In this document: positions 18,955-28,984 of the stretch, piece by piece | Position numbering within the stretch: the stretch's first letter is position 1 | How the letters are laid out: each line of letters begins with the position of its first letter | Assembly (NCBI GenBank): GCA_016179965.1 | Contig: JACPCF010000008.1 | Span: 9,601-73,600, forward strand | Source: Candidatus Rokuibacteriota bacterium | GTDB taxonomy: Bacteria > Methylomirabilota > Methylomirabilia > Rokubacteriales > CSP1-6 | DNA: 64,000 nucleotides | Direction: 5' to 3' | The notes under the pieces: model-generated | What the model was told of the DNA's origin: nothing | Database searches by the model: none | Seen by the model: only the letters and a program-made list of their open reading frames with translations | Program-made: the position numbers and the translations under genes

Positions 18955-20397
18955 TCAGATGTGCTGCCTAAAGGCTCTGAACGCCGGGGTCCGTTGGATT
19001 CTCCGGCGGAGCCTCGCGTCCAGCCGCTGTGGGCGGGTGAGCGCCGCGGGCGCGAGCAGCCGGTCCAGGGCCGCCGGGTCCACGAGGCGCCGGCCCAGGA
19101 CGACCTCGCGCAAGGGGCGGCCGCGCGCCAGGGCCTCCTTCACCAGGGCGGCGGCGACATCGTACCCCAGGTAAGGGGAGAGCGCGGTAGCCTCGATCAG
19201 GCTCCCCTCCACCAGCGCCCGGGCCCGCCGGCGGTCCACCCGGAGCCCCTCCACGCAGCGGCTGCGCAGCAGGCGGAGCGCGTGGGTGAGGAGCTCGAGG
19301 CTCCGCCAGAGGTCGAAGGCGATCAGCGGCGTCATGACGTTGAGCTCCAGCTCGCCGGCCTCGGCCGCCCGCGCCACCGTCGCGTCGTTGCCCATGACCT
19401 GGAAGCACACCATCTGCACCGCCTCGGGGACCGACGGGTTGATCTTGCCGGGCATGATGGAGGACCCGGGCTCCACCGCGGGAAGGATCAGCTCCCCCAG
19501 CCCGGTGTGGGGGCCCGAGGCCAGGAGCCGGAGGTCCATGCAGATCTTGGAGACGGTGAGCGCGAGGTCCCGGAGGGCGGCGGAGCAGCGCACGAGGGGC
19601 ACCATGTTCCAGGTGGTCTCCACCGGGCTCCGCGCGGGTCGGAGCGGTAGGCGCGCGATCCGGGCCAGCGCCCGCGCGACCAGCCGCCCGAAGCGCGGGT
19701 GCGCGGTGATCCCCGTCCCCACGGCCGTCCCGCCGAGGCCCACCTCGAGGAGGTCGCCGCGGCAGAGGGTCAACCCCCGGCGGCAGCGCGCGAGCGCCTC
19801 GGCGTAGCCCGTGAACACCTGACCGAATGTGATGGGGACGGCGTCCTGGAGGTGGGTGCGTCCCGGCTTGACCACCCTCGCTGCCGCGCGACCGTGCGCT
19901 CGGAATGCTACCTCGAGCCGGCGGATTTCCTCCGCCAGCGGTGTAAGGAGTTGCAGCGCTGTCAGCCGCGCGGCGGTGGGCGTGACGTCGTTGGAGGACT
20001 GGCCCAGGTTCACGTGATTGTTGGGGTGGACCCGGTCGTAGGCGCCGCGGCGGCCGCCGAGCCGCTCGTTGGCGAGGTTGGCGATCACCTCGTTGGCGTT
20101 CATGTGATGCGGCGTTCCCGCGCCGGCCTGGAAGACGTCGAGGACAAAGGCCGAGTCCACCCGGTTGGCCCGCACCTGGTCCGCGGCCCACTCGATGGCG
20201 CGGGCCAGGCGCGGCGGCAGGAGCCCGAGCCGCCCGTTGGCCTCCGCCGCCGCCTGCTTGATCATCCCGAGCGAGCGGATGAAGGCGGGGTGGGCGCGGA
20301 GGCCGCTCAGGCTGAACGTCTGGCGCGCCCGCTCGGTGAAGATCCCGTAGAGGGCGCCGGCCGGCACCGCCTTCCGGCCGAGGCTGTCCCGCTCCAT
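18955..20397 (-). CDS. aspA: aspartate ammonia-lyase (fumarase/aspartase class II family)
   Basis: Signature GSSIMPGKINPSVPE with downstream VCFQVMGND, closer to AspA than to FumC; start set at the second Met matching AspA N-termini. Confidence 0.85.
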   Translation of the reverse strand: MERDSLGRKAVPAGALYGIFTERARQTFSLSGLRAHPAFIRSLGMIKQAAAEANGRLGLLPPRLARAIEWAADQVRANRVDSAFVLDVFQAGAGTPHHMNANEVIANLANERLGGRRGAYDRVHPNNHVNLGQSSNDVTPTAARLTALQLLTPLAEEIRRLEVAFRAHGRAAARVVKPGRTHLQDAVPITFGQVFTGYAEALARCRRGLTLCRGDLLEVGLGGTAVGTGITAHPRFGRLVARALARIARLPLRPARSPVETTWNMVPLVRCSAALRDLALTVSKICMDLRLLASGPHTGLGELILPAVEPGSSIMPGKINPSVPEAVQMVCFQVMGNDATVARAAEAGELELNVMTPLIAFDLWRSLELLTHALRLLRSRCVEGLRVDRRRARALVEGSLIEATALSPYLGYDVAAALVKEALARGRPLREVVLGRRLVDPAALDRLLAPAALTRPQRLDARLRRRIQRTPAFRAFRQHI

Positions 20398-20426
20398 GCG
20401 GGTGCGACCCCGGGACCCTCGTCGCT

Positions 20427-21575
20427 TCATGGGCGCCGGTAGAGGGCTTTGAGCCAGGGGGGGACGATGAAGGTGGAGGCCATGACCATGATGATCACCG
20501 CGGCGTACAGGGTCTGGTCGATGACCCGGTTGGCCAGGCCGACGCCGGCGAAGATCAACCCCACCTCCCCCCGGGGGATCATCCCCACCCCGACGGGCCA
20601 GCGCCTCACGCCCCGCCGGTAGACTCCGAGGCCGGCCGCGAGCTTCCCGAGCACCGCCACGGCGGTCAGGGCGAGGGCGAAGCCGAGGGCGCCCTCGCCG
20701 AAGGGGTTCAACGCCGCCGGGTCCACCTTCATCCCGACCGTGACGAAGAAGACGGGAACGAACAGGTCTGCCACCGGCTTGATCTGCTCCTCGATGTGGG
20801 CGCGCGGCTCGGTCCGGGCGAGGATCAGACCGGCGGCGAAGGCCCCGATGATCGCCGCGAGGCCGATCCGCTCGGACAGCGCGGCCAGGAGGACGCAGAA
20901 GAGCACCGCATAGACGATGAGGCTCCCTCGCGCCCGCATGCGCCCGACCCAGACGAGGAGGGTGGGGGCAAAGCGGATCCCCAGGGCGACGGCGAGGACG
21001 AGGAAGACCAGCGCCTTGGCGAGGATGAGGGCGACCGTGGCGAGGGAGAAGACGCCCGTCTGCACCAGGCCCGTGACGACGGCCAGGATCACGAGCCCGA
21101 GGACGTCGTCCAGGATCGCTGCGCCCAGCACGACGCGGGCGGCCGCATCCTGGAGGCGGCCCAGGTCCGAGAGCACGCGGGCCGTGATGCCGACGCTCGT
21201 GGCCGTGAGCGTCGCGCCGATGAAGACCGCGACGAGCGCCGGCTTCCCCCAGAAGACCGCGAGCGCGTAGCCCAGGGCGAACGGGCAGGCGATCCCCCCG
21301 AGCGCCACGACCGTGGACTGCAGACCGGCCCGGAGCAGTTCGCTCAGGTCCGACTCGAGGCCGATCTCGAAGAGGAGGATGATGACCCCGATCTCGGCCA
21401 GGACCTGCAGGATCTCCGACTCGCGGACGAGACCCAGGACTGCGGGGCCGACGATCACGCCCGCCAGCAGCTCGCCCAAGACGGCGGTCTGGCCGACGCG
21501 CTCCATCGCCTCGCCGGCCAACTTGGCCGCGAGCCAGACGATCACCAGGCCGAGCAGGAGCTCGCCGAGTCTCAC
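20427..21575 (-). CDS. monovalent cation:proton antiporter (CPA family, KefB-like transmembrane domain only)
   Basis: About 12 TM segments and the GEL/AGV antiporter motifs; intact copy of a module whose remnants recur at 30199-30330 and 31868-32100. Confidence 0.85.
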   Translation of the reverse strand: MRLGELLLGLVIVWLAAKLAGEAMERVGQTAVLGELLAGVIVGPAVLGLVRESEILQVLAEIGVIILLFEIGLESDLSELLRAGLQSTVVALGGIACPFALGYALAVFWGKPALVAVFIGATLTATSVGITARVLSDLGRLQDAAARVVLGAAILDDVLGLVILAVVTGLVQTGVFSLATVALILAKALVFLVLAVALGIRFAPTLLVWVGRMRARGSLIVYAVLFCVLLAALSERIGLAAIIGAFAAGLILARTEPRAHIEEQIKPVADLFVPVFFVTVGMKVDPAALNPFGEGALGFALALTAVAVLGKLAAGLGVYRRGVRRWPVGVGMIPRGEVGLIFAGVGLANRVIDQTLYAAVIIMVMASTFIVPPWLKALYRRP

Positions 21576-21600
21576 CTCTCCAGCTTACCTTACCCGGGCT

Positions 21601-22116
21601 TCAAGTCAGTAGCTTGACGGTTGCGGCAACCGTGAAGGTCACGGCCATCATGGCCAGGGCCGCACCCCAGGCGCTCGATGAGCTTGTAAGTGATCTCTTC
21701 CCGGTGCCGCGGCTCTGCCTTGAACTGGCGGTTGTTTGTGGCTCCCTCCTTTCGGGTCGACACCGCCGGACGGCGTCAGCCATTTCGATGGGGCAGCGCA
21801 CCGCGAGGCCAAACCGGTCCACGGGAAAGCAGGGATCGTAGTCGGGGGAAGAGCGGCGCTTGGGAAGCCGGGCCAGGAGGAGAAGGCCCAGGAAGGTGCA
21901 GAGCCCGGCGAAGAGGATTGTGAGCTCGAAGGCAATTACAACGAAGGGAGGGATCGAGATCACGGGCTTCCCGCCGGTAATCAGGTTCCACTTGAGCGAG
22001 GACCAGATCGTGAACGCGAAGCCGGAGAAGGTCCCAGTGAGTCCCCCAACCAGGGTGAAGAGACGGACTGGGCTGACGGGACGGCCCACCTCCACCGCCT
22101 CCTTGATCTCCTCCAC
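21601..22116 (-). CDS. DUF3341/ActD-like membrane protein; 3' end overlaps a degraded DUF465-gene homologue
   Basis: WNLITGGKPVISIPPFVVIAFELTILFAG...ARLPKRRSSPDYDP pattern resembles ActD-type two-TM proteins; the last ~45 codons of the ORF run through DNA homologous to the DUF465 gene of the antiporter module. Confidence 0.45.
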   Translation of the reverse strand: MEEIKEAVEVGRPVSPVRLFTLVGGLTGTFSGFAFTIWSSLKWNLITGGKPVISIPPFVVIAFELTILFAGLCTFLGLLLLARLPKRRSSPDYDPCFPVDRFGLAVRCPIEMADAVRRCRPERREPQTTASSRQSRGTGKRSLTSSSSAWGAALAMMAVTFTVAATVKLLT

Positions 22117-22261
22117 GGGGACCGGCGAGTACGCGGTGAAGTCGGTGAACCCCCGCGCCCGCAGCTCGCCGATCGCCCGGACAGATTACTGGGATCTCCT
22201 CGTGAGCGATCCTCCGCTTGCTCAGTACCTCGGGGCTCGAGGGTTTGATCTGGAAGTGGAA

Positions 22262-22300
22262 AAACGGGCACGCCCGGTTTGGGCATGCCCGTTTGACGAG
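22262..22300 (-). terminator. rho-independent terminator downstream of the DUF1344 gene (minus strand)
   Basis: On the minus strand AAACGGGCAUGCCC...GGGCGUGCCCGUUUUU: GC-rich hairpin followed by a U5 run, immediately 3' of the stop at 22312. Confidence 0.5.
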
Positions 22301-22311
22301 GGAAGAACCGT

Positions 22312-22566
22312 TTACTGCGAGACCTCAAAGCTCGTGACGATTTTCTTGCCGTCCCGCTCCTCGTAGGTGGCCTTCACGGAAGCCCCCTCCTTCAGGGCGT
22401 CCATTGAGAGGCCCTCGGCCATCCAGAGCTGGGTACCGTCCTCAAGGACGAATATCCGATCGGCGGGATCTACTTTCTGGATCTTCCCCCCGACCTGTCC
22501 AGCCCAGACACCGCCCGCTGAAACGACCAACAGCATCGCCAATGCGACTCCTAAGACCTTCTTCAT
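22312..22566 (-). CDS. DUF1344-like small secreted protein
   Basis: RBS GGAGGA before ATG; signal peptide MKKVLGVALAMLLVVSAGGVWA; about 60-aa mature domain. Confidence 0.6.
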   Translation of the reverse strand: MKKVLGVALAMLLVVSAGGVWAGQVGGKIQKVDPADRIFVLEDGTQLWMAEGLSMDALKEGASVKATYEERDGKKIVTSFEVSQ

Positions 22567-22772
22567 GACGGATCCTCCAGTTTTGGGGTGCAGGTAAGCG
22601 TCGCCGCATGGAGAGCCGGAGCTTCTGCTTCCGGAAACTCTCGCCGCAGGCTTGCCAGCCGACCTTTCCAAACCCTCCTATACCGGCCCTCTCTTACCGG
22701 CTGAAGAAAAATATCCAAACGTAGATGGCGAGCACTACCCCGAACCCCATGACCGTGCCGAGCTGCCCCACC

Positions 22773-23132
22773 CTAGTCACCTCCTGCCCGCGGGAAACCC
22801 CAAGGGCTCTCTCCCCTCGCCCGCAAGCGCCCCCAGCGCCAAGATGAAAGCGCCGCGACCAGCCGAGCGACAGTCTGACCTTGGACGCCTTTATGCGCGC
22901 GGACCCGTGATCGATCGCCAGGACTGACCGGGCCCGGTGGACTCCCCCGCCACCAGCCGTCTATGCGCCGCATGAGGCGCCGGGCTCGGCCGGAGCCCAG
23001 GTGGAGAAGGGCCACCCCAACCAGCAGGGGAAACACACCGGGGAGGTCGGGATGAACGAGCCCGATCGCTCCGACCGTCACCAGGGCCCACCCGAACCAT
23101 CTCCGAAGCCGCCGCCGATTCCTGATAGTCAT
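22773..23132 (-). CDS. small transmembrane protein, PGPGW-family-like
   Basis: Two TM helices flanking a P/G-rich turn (LVHPDLPGVFPLL); weak similarity only. Confidence 0.35.
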   Translation of the reverse strand: MTIRNRRRLRRWFGWALVTVGAIGLVHPDLPGVFPLLVGVALLHLGSGRARRLMRRIDGWWRGSPPGPVSPGDRSRVRAHKGVQGQTVARLVAALSSWRWGRLRARGESPWGFPRAGGD

Positions 23133-23219
23133 CGGCTTCCCTCCTCGATTACCCCAACCGCCACCAGACTCCAGCCGAGCACCTTCCTGGCTACGCCGGT
23201 CATCCTGCCCTCCAAGCTC

Positions 23220-23525
23220 TCACCGGAAGATCCGGAGCATCCCGGAGAGGAAGCCGCCCTCGCCCTCCCCCAGGCGCTCCAGTTCGCCGCAGTCGAGCCA
23301 GATCCCGTCGCAGCGCGAGCACTTGTCGATCTCGACTCCCCGGTAGTGGACCGGCACGAGTTCGCCCCCGCAGCGAGGGCAGAGCATGGCGCCGAGCTTC
23401 GCGATCCGCCGGCGGCTCTCCTCCATCTCTTCCCCCCGTCTGGCCTCCGCCTCCTTCCGCCGCCGCTCGAACTCCATCCGCGCGAAGTACTCTTCCTCCT
23501 GGTTGCTCGGTTTCTGGATTGCCAT
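23220..23525 (-). CDS. zinc-ribbon protein (zf-TFIIB-like CPxCG...CxxCxG)
   Basis: CPRCGGELVPVHYRGVEIDKCSRCDGIWLDCGELE four-Cys ribbon after an acidic, Arg-rich N-terminus. Confidence 0.6.
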   Translation of the reverse strand: MAIQKPSNQEEEYFARMEFERRRKEAEARRGEEMEESRRRIAKLGAMLCPRCGGELVPVHYRGVEIDKCSRCDGIWLDCGELERLGEGEGGFLSGMLRIFR

Positions 23526-23547
23526 CGTCACGCCTCCCTGGCGAAGC

Positions 23548-24888
23548 TCACGACAGCTTCTCACTGCCCGGGTTGGGGACACGCCCCACGGCCTCCCCCC
23601 AAGAGAGCCCCCCGATCCGGAGCTTCAGCAGACCGAAGAACCCCCGCCGGCTCTCCCGGCTCGCTACCAGGAAGAGGACCGAAAACACGAGGTACGAGTA
23701 GGCGAACAGGTAGCCCGCGGCGAACGCGAACCCGGGGAGCGATGCGAACAGCTGGGGGAACATTTGAGGGAGCAACTGGGTGAGGAGCTGGGTTGAGAAG
23801 AGCAAGAAGAGAAGCGTCCCCTCTCTGAGCGAGAGCGAGAAAGAAGCCAGCACCACGACCCCCAGGAGGGACTGGGCCGCGGTGAGGAAGATCTCCTTGA
23901 CCTGCACCGCGTCGAGCGGCATCGCCCCAATTTGGGCTGTGGAGAGGCTGTAGGCCAGGGGCAGTGCCCCTACCAGGAGCGTCCACTGGTTCACCTTGGA
24001 GGACAGGAGGATCCCCATGCCCGCCGCAGCGCTTCCGCGGAGGACGAACAGGGTCGCAACAATGAACTCGGGGGACTCGGAGGCCAGGGGCGCGAGCCAC
24101 TGGATCAGGAGGTACTCCGGGACCTGCAGGATCTTTCCTGTGGCGATCAGGGACTCAGCGAAGGGCTCCGCCGCCACGAGGATCGTAAGCCCGGAGAAGA
24201 GGAACATGACGACGGTGGTCGCCCGTCTCAACGGGATGGGAAGCCGTCGGATGAGCACGGGTGGCCCCACGAGGTGCGGATCCTCCACCGGCTGGCGCGT
24301 GACCGCTCGGAGGTAGAACCCGACGAGGGCGAGGAGCACCACCGAGTCCACCAGCGACAAGGTGCCTTTGAGGGGGATCAAAAAGGAGTAGCCGGTGGCG
24401 AGCAGTAGGTAGCGTAGCTCGATGCCGTGGGCCGGCTCCAGCTGAATCTCCGTCTGCCTCCGCCGGCTCTTAAGCCACAGAACGAAGACAAGCGCGGCCC
24501 AGCCGACCCCGATCAGGAGGCGGTTGGCTCCCGTCATATTGGCCGTGGCGTAGCCGACGTAGGCGGGATCCTTTCCGGCCTGCCAGGCCAGGTAGAGGTC
24601 TACGGCGTACTCGGGGAGGACGGCGATGATGGCCAACGCCGCGATGGCCAGGCTCCGCGGGATGTCCAGCTGGGCCAGCTCGGCTGCCCAGGAGAGGATG
24701 AACGCCGCGCCGAGAATGCCTGCCCCCGAAGAGAGGGCCTCGAGGGCGGACGGGAGGTGGGCCCCGCTCCACCGGACCAGGAGCCACTGGAGCGCCAGCC
24801 CAAACGTGGAGATAAGCCAGATCGCGTGCCCGGTCGTCCCATTACCTCGACCTGCCGCTCCAGCTGCCGTCATGGCATCGAAGCCCAT
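23548..24888 (-). CDS. CaCA-superfamily (Na+/Ca2+ exchanger-like) membrane transporter, divergent
   Basis: 10-11 TM segments with two alpha-repeat-like motifs (VLPEYAVDL and [17 protein letters not shown]); start codon uncertain (24888 or 24873). Confidence 0.55.
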   Translation of the reverse strand: MGFDAMTAAGAAGRGNGTTGHAIWLISTFGLALQWLLVRWSGAHLPSALEALSSGAGILGAAFILSWAAELAQLDIPRSLAIAALAIIAVLPEYAVDLYLAWQAGKDPAYVGYATANMTGANRLLIGVGWAALVFVLWLKSRRRQTEIQLEPAHGIELRYLLLATGYSFLIPLKGTLSLVDSVVLLALVGFYLRAVTRQPVEDPHLVGPPVLIRRLPIPLRRATTVVMFLFSGLTILVAAEPFAESLIATGKILQVPEYLLIQWLAPLASESPEFIVATLFVLRGSAAAGMGILLSSKVNQWTLLVGALPLAYSLSTAQIGAMPLDAVQVKEIFLTAAQSLLGVVVLASFSLSLREGTLLFLLFSTQLLTQLLPQMFPQLFASLPGFAFAAGYLFAYSYLVFSVLFLVASRESRRGFFGLLKLRIGGLSWGEAVGRVPNPGSEKLS

Positions 24889-25270
24889 CCTTTCCACGAG
24901 GATCGGAGGACGACAAAAAAAGGCCGGCAGAACGCCCCCTACGAGGCATCCCGCCGGCCTGTGCTCCAACTGGCCCTTCCCGGGAGGGAAGTGCCCTCTG
25001 GCGAACCCGCCGTGCGTCTAAACTACTTCAACCTTAGTGGGAGTCGTCCCCCTTGTCAAGGGCTCGTGGCCCACCCAGGACTTTTCGCCGCGCTTGGCCG
25101 CGTGATGCGCCTCGTTGACTTTCCTTCACAGTCCAGAAGATACTGAGGCCGTGGCGACAAGCAGTCCGGAACCGATAGCCCCCGCACCGGCCTGCGCGGA
25201 TCTGCTCTTGATAGAGACCTCAAGCTAGGCGCGGCTCCACAGTTCTCACCCGCAGCCTCGGCGCTCGACG

Positions 25271-25648
25271 ATGGCCGGAAAGACCAAGGGACAGGTCGAA
25301 GCGGAAATCAGCCAGACCCTGGTGAAGTTCGAGCTGGAGTACATGGGCCGAGGCCCTAGCGACGTCCGGACCCATCTCCTGGGGGACATGGTTGTGGTAC
25401 GGCTCAAGGGGATCCTCACCCCGGCGGAGCGGCAGCTCGTCAAGGCCGAGGGCGTAGAGCTGATCAAGCAGGTCAGGGCCAAGCTGCTTGAGACGGGGCG
25501 GTCCGTGCTGAAGCAGCGGGTGGAGCGGATCACCGGCCTCTCTGTCGTGAGCATGCACTCCGATCTCAGCACCACGACGGGAGAGCGGGTCATTCTCTTC
25601 GTCATGAGCGAGAACGTGGAAGAGAAGTTCGCGGGCCTCAGAAGATAA
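25271..25648 (+). CDS. DUF2294 (MpsC-like) protein, paralogue 1
   Basis: 125 aa; conserved with 25831-26196 and 28101-28478 (FELEYMGRGP... / LTPRS.EVR...G..L). Confidence 0.7.
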   Translation: MAGKTKGQVEAEISQTLVKFELEYMGRGPSDVRTHLLGDMVVVRLKGILTPAERQLVKAEGVELIKQVRAKLLETGRSVLKQRVERITGLSVVSMHSDLSTTTGERVILFVMSENVEEKFAGLRR

Positions 25649-25658
25649 ACGGCGTCGG

Positions 25659-25688
25659 CTTGACAGCAGGAGGTCGCCCCGGGTAGAT
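25659..25688 (+). promoter_or_regulatory. sigma-70-like promoter (TTGACA, 18 bp, TAGATT)
   Basis: Consensus -35 and good -10 located after the stop of DUF2294-1 and about 70 nt upstream of a strong terminator. Confidence 0.4.
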
Positions 25689-25754
25689 TGACTCAGAATC
25701 TGACGGCAGACTAGCCAGAAGGCACTTCCCTCTGGAGGGGCCGGCTGGAGCGTA

Positions 25755-25795
25755 GGCCGGGGGAGACTGGCAGAGGTCTCCCCCGGCCTTTTTAT
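25755..25795 (+). terminator. rho-independent terminator (GGCCGGGGGAGAC, loop, GUCUCCCCCGGCC, then UUUUUAUU)
   Basis: 13-bp perfect GC-rich stem, 8-nt loop and T-run. Confidence 0.6.
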
Positions 25796-25830
25796 TGTCC
25801 GGGTCCGAACCAGGAAGGGAGGGATCACCC

Positions 25831-26196
25831 ATGGAGCGGCAAGAGATGGAGCGACGCCTTGCCGAGCTGACACAGGGGTTCTTCCGGGCCAAGCTGCGCC
25901 TGACCCCTCGGTCGATGGAGGTCCGGGAGGAGGGCGACGCGCTGGTTCTCAGGGTCAACGGGTTCGTCGCCCCGGCTGAGAGGGCGATGATTGACCACCC
26001 CAAGGATCGGTGGGCGATTGAGGACTACTACCTCCGCCTGTTCGATCAGCTCACGCCTCTGCTGAGAGCTGGGGTCGGAAAAGCCGGTCCCCTCGTCAAG
26101 GTGCAGACGTTTCTCGATCTTTCAAGTGATGAATACCGCTGTATTTTGACCTTGGCGAGGCAAGGCGAGGTGATGTGGGCGGATTCTCGCGAATAA
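25831..26196 (+). CDS. DUF2294 (MpsC-like) protein, paralogue 2
   Basis: RBS GGAAGGGAGGGA before ATG; about 60% identical to paralogue 3 over the N-terminal 100 aa. Confidence 0.7.
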   Translation: MERQEMERRLAELTQGFFRAKLRLTPRSMEVREEGDALVLRVNGFVAPAERAMIDHPKDRWAIEDYYLRLFDQLTPLLRAGVGKAGPLVKVQTFLDLSSDEYRCILTLARQGEVMWADSRE

Positions 26197-26209
26197 GGAG
26201 GGAGCAGGG

Positions 26210-26455
26210 ATGTGGCCATTTGGGAAAATCGCCTGCGGGGTCTGTGGTGAGCGCTTTTCGAAGGGCGAGCTGAAGCTCTCACTTCGCGAAAGAAGCGTCG
26301 CGGTCTGCCGCCACTGTTTCGAGGGCTGGTGGATGCGGGGCCGGAAATGCGACCGGTGCGGGGAGCAGGTGACAGGGACTCAGGCCGTCGCGGTCTTCCC
26401 CGAGCACCGGAGCCTCGGGCACTTCGACTGCGGCGGGGTCCCCCTGAGCGCATAA
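26210..26455 (+). CDS. small Cys-rich zinc-finger protein (candidate anti-sigma factor or sigma-associated regulator)
   Basis: RBS AAGGAGGGAG; 81 aa with CGVCG...CRHC...CDRCG...C, i.e. at least two CxxC pairs; sits immediately upstream of the sigma-70 gene. Confidence 0.55.
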   Translation: MWPFGKIACGVCGERFSKGELKLSLRERSVAVCRHCFEGWWMRGRKCDRCGEQVTGTQAVAVFPEHRSLGHFDCGGVPLSA

Positions 26456-26592
26456 CCTCCGCCGGGCGCAGGACCGACTTCGAATAATGGGAATGGGGCC
26501 GATCCCTCCCGCTCCTACGAAGCGCGAAGCCGACTCATGAAGCGGCTGGGAGAGCTTCAACACGCCCTCCACCAGCTGAGACGTGCCGTATC

Positions 26593-28047
26593 ATGACCTT
26601 CAGCGAGCTTGTCCATCCCCGTCCGCAAGGCGTGAGCCTGGAGCCGGTTGAGCCCGCCGACCGGACCGTGGTCTGGGACGAGGAGCCTGTGGGCCACGGC
26701 GACGCCCCCCCGTCGCTCCCTTCCGCTCCCCAAGACCTCGTGCGCACCTACCTGAGGGAAATCGGAAACCGCCCCCTGCTGACGGCGGCCCAGGAAGTGG
26801 AGATCTGCCGTCGGCTCGAGAGCGCCCAAGCGGAACTCCGGCGAGCGCTCGCCGCAATCCCGCTGGCTGTCCAGAAACTCATCGACCGTGCCGACAGCGC
26901 GCGGAAGCACGCCACCCCGCTGGATGAGCTGATCCTTCTTCCCGACGGGAGGGAACCCAAACGGGAGGAGGTCAAGCGGATCCTCGCCGCATTTGCCCGG
27001 ATCAAGCGGCTTGAGCGGGAGATCGAAAAGCTCCGGGCTGACCTCAAAGACCGGCGTCGCTCGGCGTCGACCCGCGCGAGCTATCGCGGCCTGATCGCTC
27101 GGCGCCGCGCGGCCATTCAACAGGTAGTGGCTGGCCTTCCCATCAAGCCGGCCCTCGTGGACGAGCTGGCCGCAGAGGTCCAGCGCCTGAACGACGAGAT
27201 CCAAAAGCTCTCGGCGGGCTCCACGGTTCGGCGGCGGGGGCAGCAGCTCCGCGCTCTGGAGGCCAAGATCGGGCTCCCCCGCCAGCAGCTCCAGGGGCTT
27301 CTGGCGATCATCGCCGAAAAGCAGGGGGGCGTGCGTGAGGAGAAGGGCGAGCTGGTCGAGGCGAACCTGAGGCTGGTGGTCTCGGTGGCCAAGCGATACC
27401 AGAGGAGTGACCTGTCGCTCCTGGACCTCATCCAGGAAGGCAACATCGGGCTCATGAAAGCGGTGGGCCGATTCCAGTACCGCCGCGGGTTCAAGTTCTC
27501 GACCTACGCCACCTGGTGGATCCGGCAGGCCATCACCCGCGCGATCGCAGACCAGTCCCGGACCATCCGCATCCCCGTTCACATGGGTGAGGTCCTGCAC
27601 CAGCTCTCACGGCTGCACCGGTCCCTCATGAACGAGTTGGGGCGCGAGCCCACGCTCGAGGAACTCACCCGCCGAATGGGCATTCCTGACAAGAAGGTCC
27701 AGCTTATTCTGACGTCTTCGCGGATCCCGGTATCGCTGGAGAAACCGGTCGGCGAGGACTCCCAGCTCAAAGATTTTCTCCAGGACACGCAGACCGTCTC
27801 GCCCGAGAGCGAGCTCTTCGGCCGGGACTTGAGCCGGCAGGTGAAGCGGGCGCTGTCCACGCTTTCTGATAGGGAGCGGGAGATTCTCCGTCTCCGCTTC
27901 GGGATCGGGCGGGAAGGCGAACACACCTTGGACGAAGTCGGCCGTCACTTCTCGGTGACCCGGGAGCGGATCCGCCAGATCGAGGCCAACGCCTTCCAGA
28001 AGCTCCGGCTCCGGAAGGCAAGCCTCAGGGTGCTGATCAAGAGCTAG
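26593..28047 (+). CDS. RNA polymerase sigma-70 factor, RpoD-like (regions 1.2, 2, 3, 4)
   Basis: Region 2 [34 protein letters not shown] and [30 protein letters not shown] match RpoD better than RpoS; region 4 HTH at the C-terminus. Confidence 0.9.
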   Translation: MTFSELVHPRPQGVSLEPVEPADRTVVWDEEPVGHGDAPPSLPSAPQDLVRTYLREIGNRPLLTAAQEVEICRRLESAQAELRRALAAIPLAVQKLIDRADSARKHATPLDELILLPDGREPKREEVKRILAAFARIKRLEREIEKLRADLKDRRRSASTRASYRGLIARRRAAIQQVVAGLPIKPALVDELAAEVQRLNDEIQKLSAGSTVRRRGQQLRALEAKIGLPRQQLQGLLAIIAEKQGGVREEKGELVEANLRLVVSVAKRYQRSDLSLLDLIQEGNIGLMKAVGRFQYRRGFKFSTYATWWIRQAITRAIADQSRTIRIPVHMGEVLHQLSRLHRSLMNELGREPTLEELTRRMGIPDKKVQLILTSSRIPVSLEKPVGEDSQLKDFLQDTQTVSPESELFGRDLSRQVKRALSTLSDREREILRLRFGIGREGEHTLDEVGRHFSVTRERIRQIEANAFQKLRLRKASLRVLIKS

Positions 28048-28100
28048 CCGGAGGCATTCGCTATCTCTTGTCCGTGTCGTGATCCAGGGAGGGCCCGCCC

Positions 28101-28478
28101 ATGGAGCGCCAACAGGTAAGGGAGCGAATCCGCGAGCTGACGCTGGCGTTCTTTCAAGCCAAGCTGGGCCTGACCCCTCGGTCGGTGGAGGTCCGGGGCG
28201 GGGGAGACACGCTCGAGGTCAGGGTCAGGGGGTTTTTCGCGCCGGCAGAGAAGGCGCTGATTGACCACCCCAAGGAGCGACGGGCCATCGAGGACTACTA
28301 CCTCCGGCTGTTTGATCAGCTCCTTCCTCTCTTGAACGCCGGGGTCGGAAAGGCCGGCCCCATTGTCAGGGTCCAGACTCTTCTCGATCTTCGGGGCAAT
28401 GAATGCGTGTTCATGGTGCCCCTGGGGAAGGAAAGCGAAGTAATTATCCAGAATCCTGCGGAGGCCGAGCGGGAGTAA
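28101..28478 (+). CDS. DUF2294 (MpsC-like) protein, paralogue 3
   Basis: Strong similarity to 25831-26196 (LTPRSVEVR, FAPAEKALIDHPKERRAIEDYYLRLFDQL). Confidence 0.7.
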   Translation: MERQQVRERIRELTLAFFQAKLGLTPRSVEVRGGGDTLEVRVRGFFAPAEKALIDHPKERRAIEDYYLRLFDQLLPLLNAGVGKAGPIVRVQTLLDLRGNECVFMVPLGKESEVIIQNPAEAERE

Positions 28479-28984
28479 GCAGCAGCGGCGCGGGAAATAA
28501 GGAGATCGGGGGAGCGATCCAGCGACGAGACGACTCGGAGCGAATGGGACTCTGCGCCAGCAAACGTTACGACGACAAGCGCTGACTATTAGCGTCTTTG
28601 CGAGGAGGAGGCGGCGATGTGGAAATGGGTAGGCGTGACGATCACGGCCACGGCGGTAGCGGCGATGACCCTCGGCTGCTCTCAGCAGCCGTCAGGGACG
28701 GCAGCGGTGATCGAGGACAAGATCTACACGGTGACGCCGGCCTCGGTGAAGGTGAAGGCCGGGATTCTCGCGGGCGAGGTCACGGAGATGAGAGTCACGG
28801 AGCGGGTCGAGAAAGGCTCCGGCCGCGTCGTTTCCCCGGCGAAGCTCACGGGGACGCTCAAGCTGAAGAATAGCTCTAAGGATCAGGCCGTCCGCCTTGT
28901 TGGGGGAAAGATCCAGTACATCGATGCCCAGGGGCAACCGATCAAGCTCGAGGAGACACGGACCGAGCCGACTATTAAGAGCCT

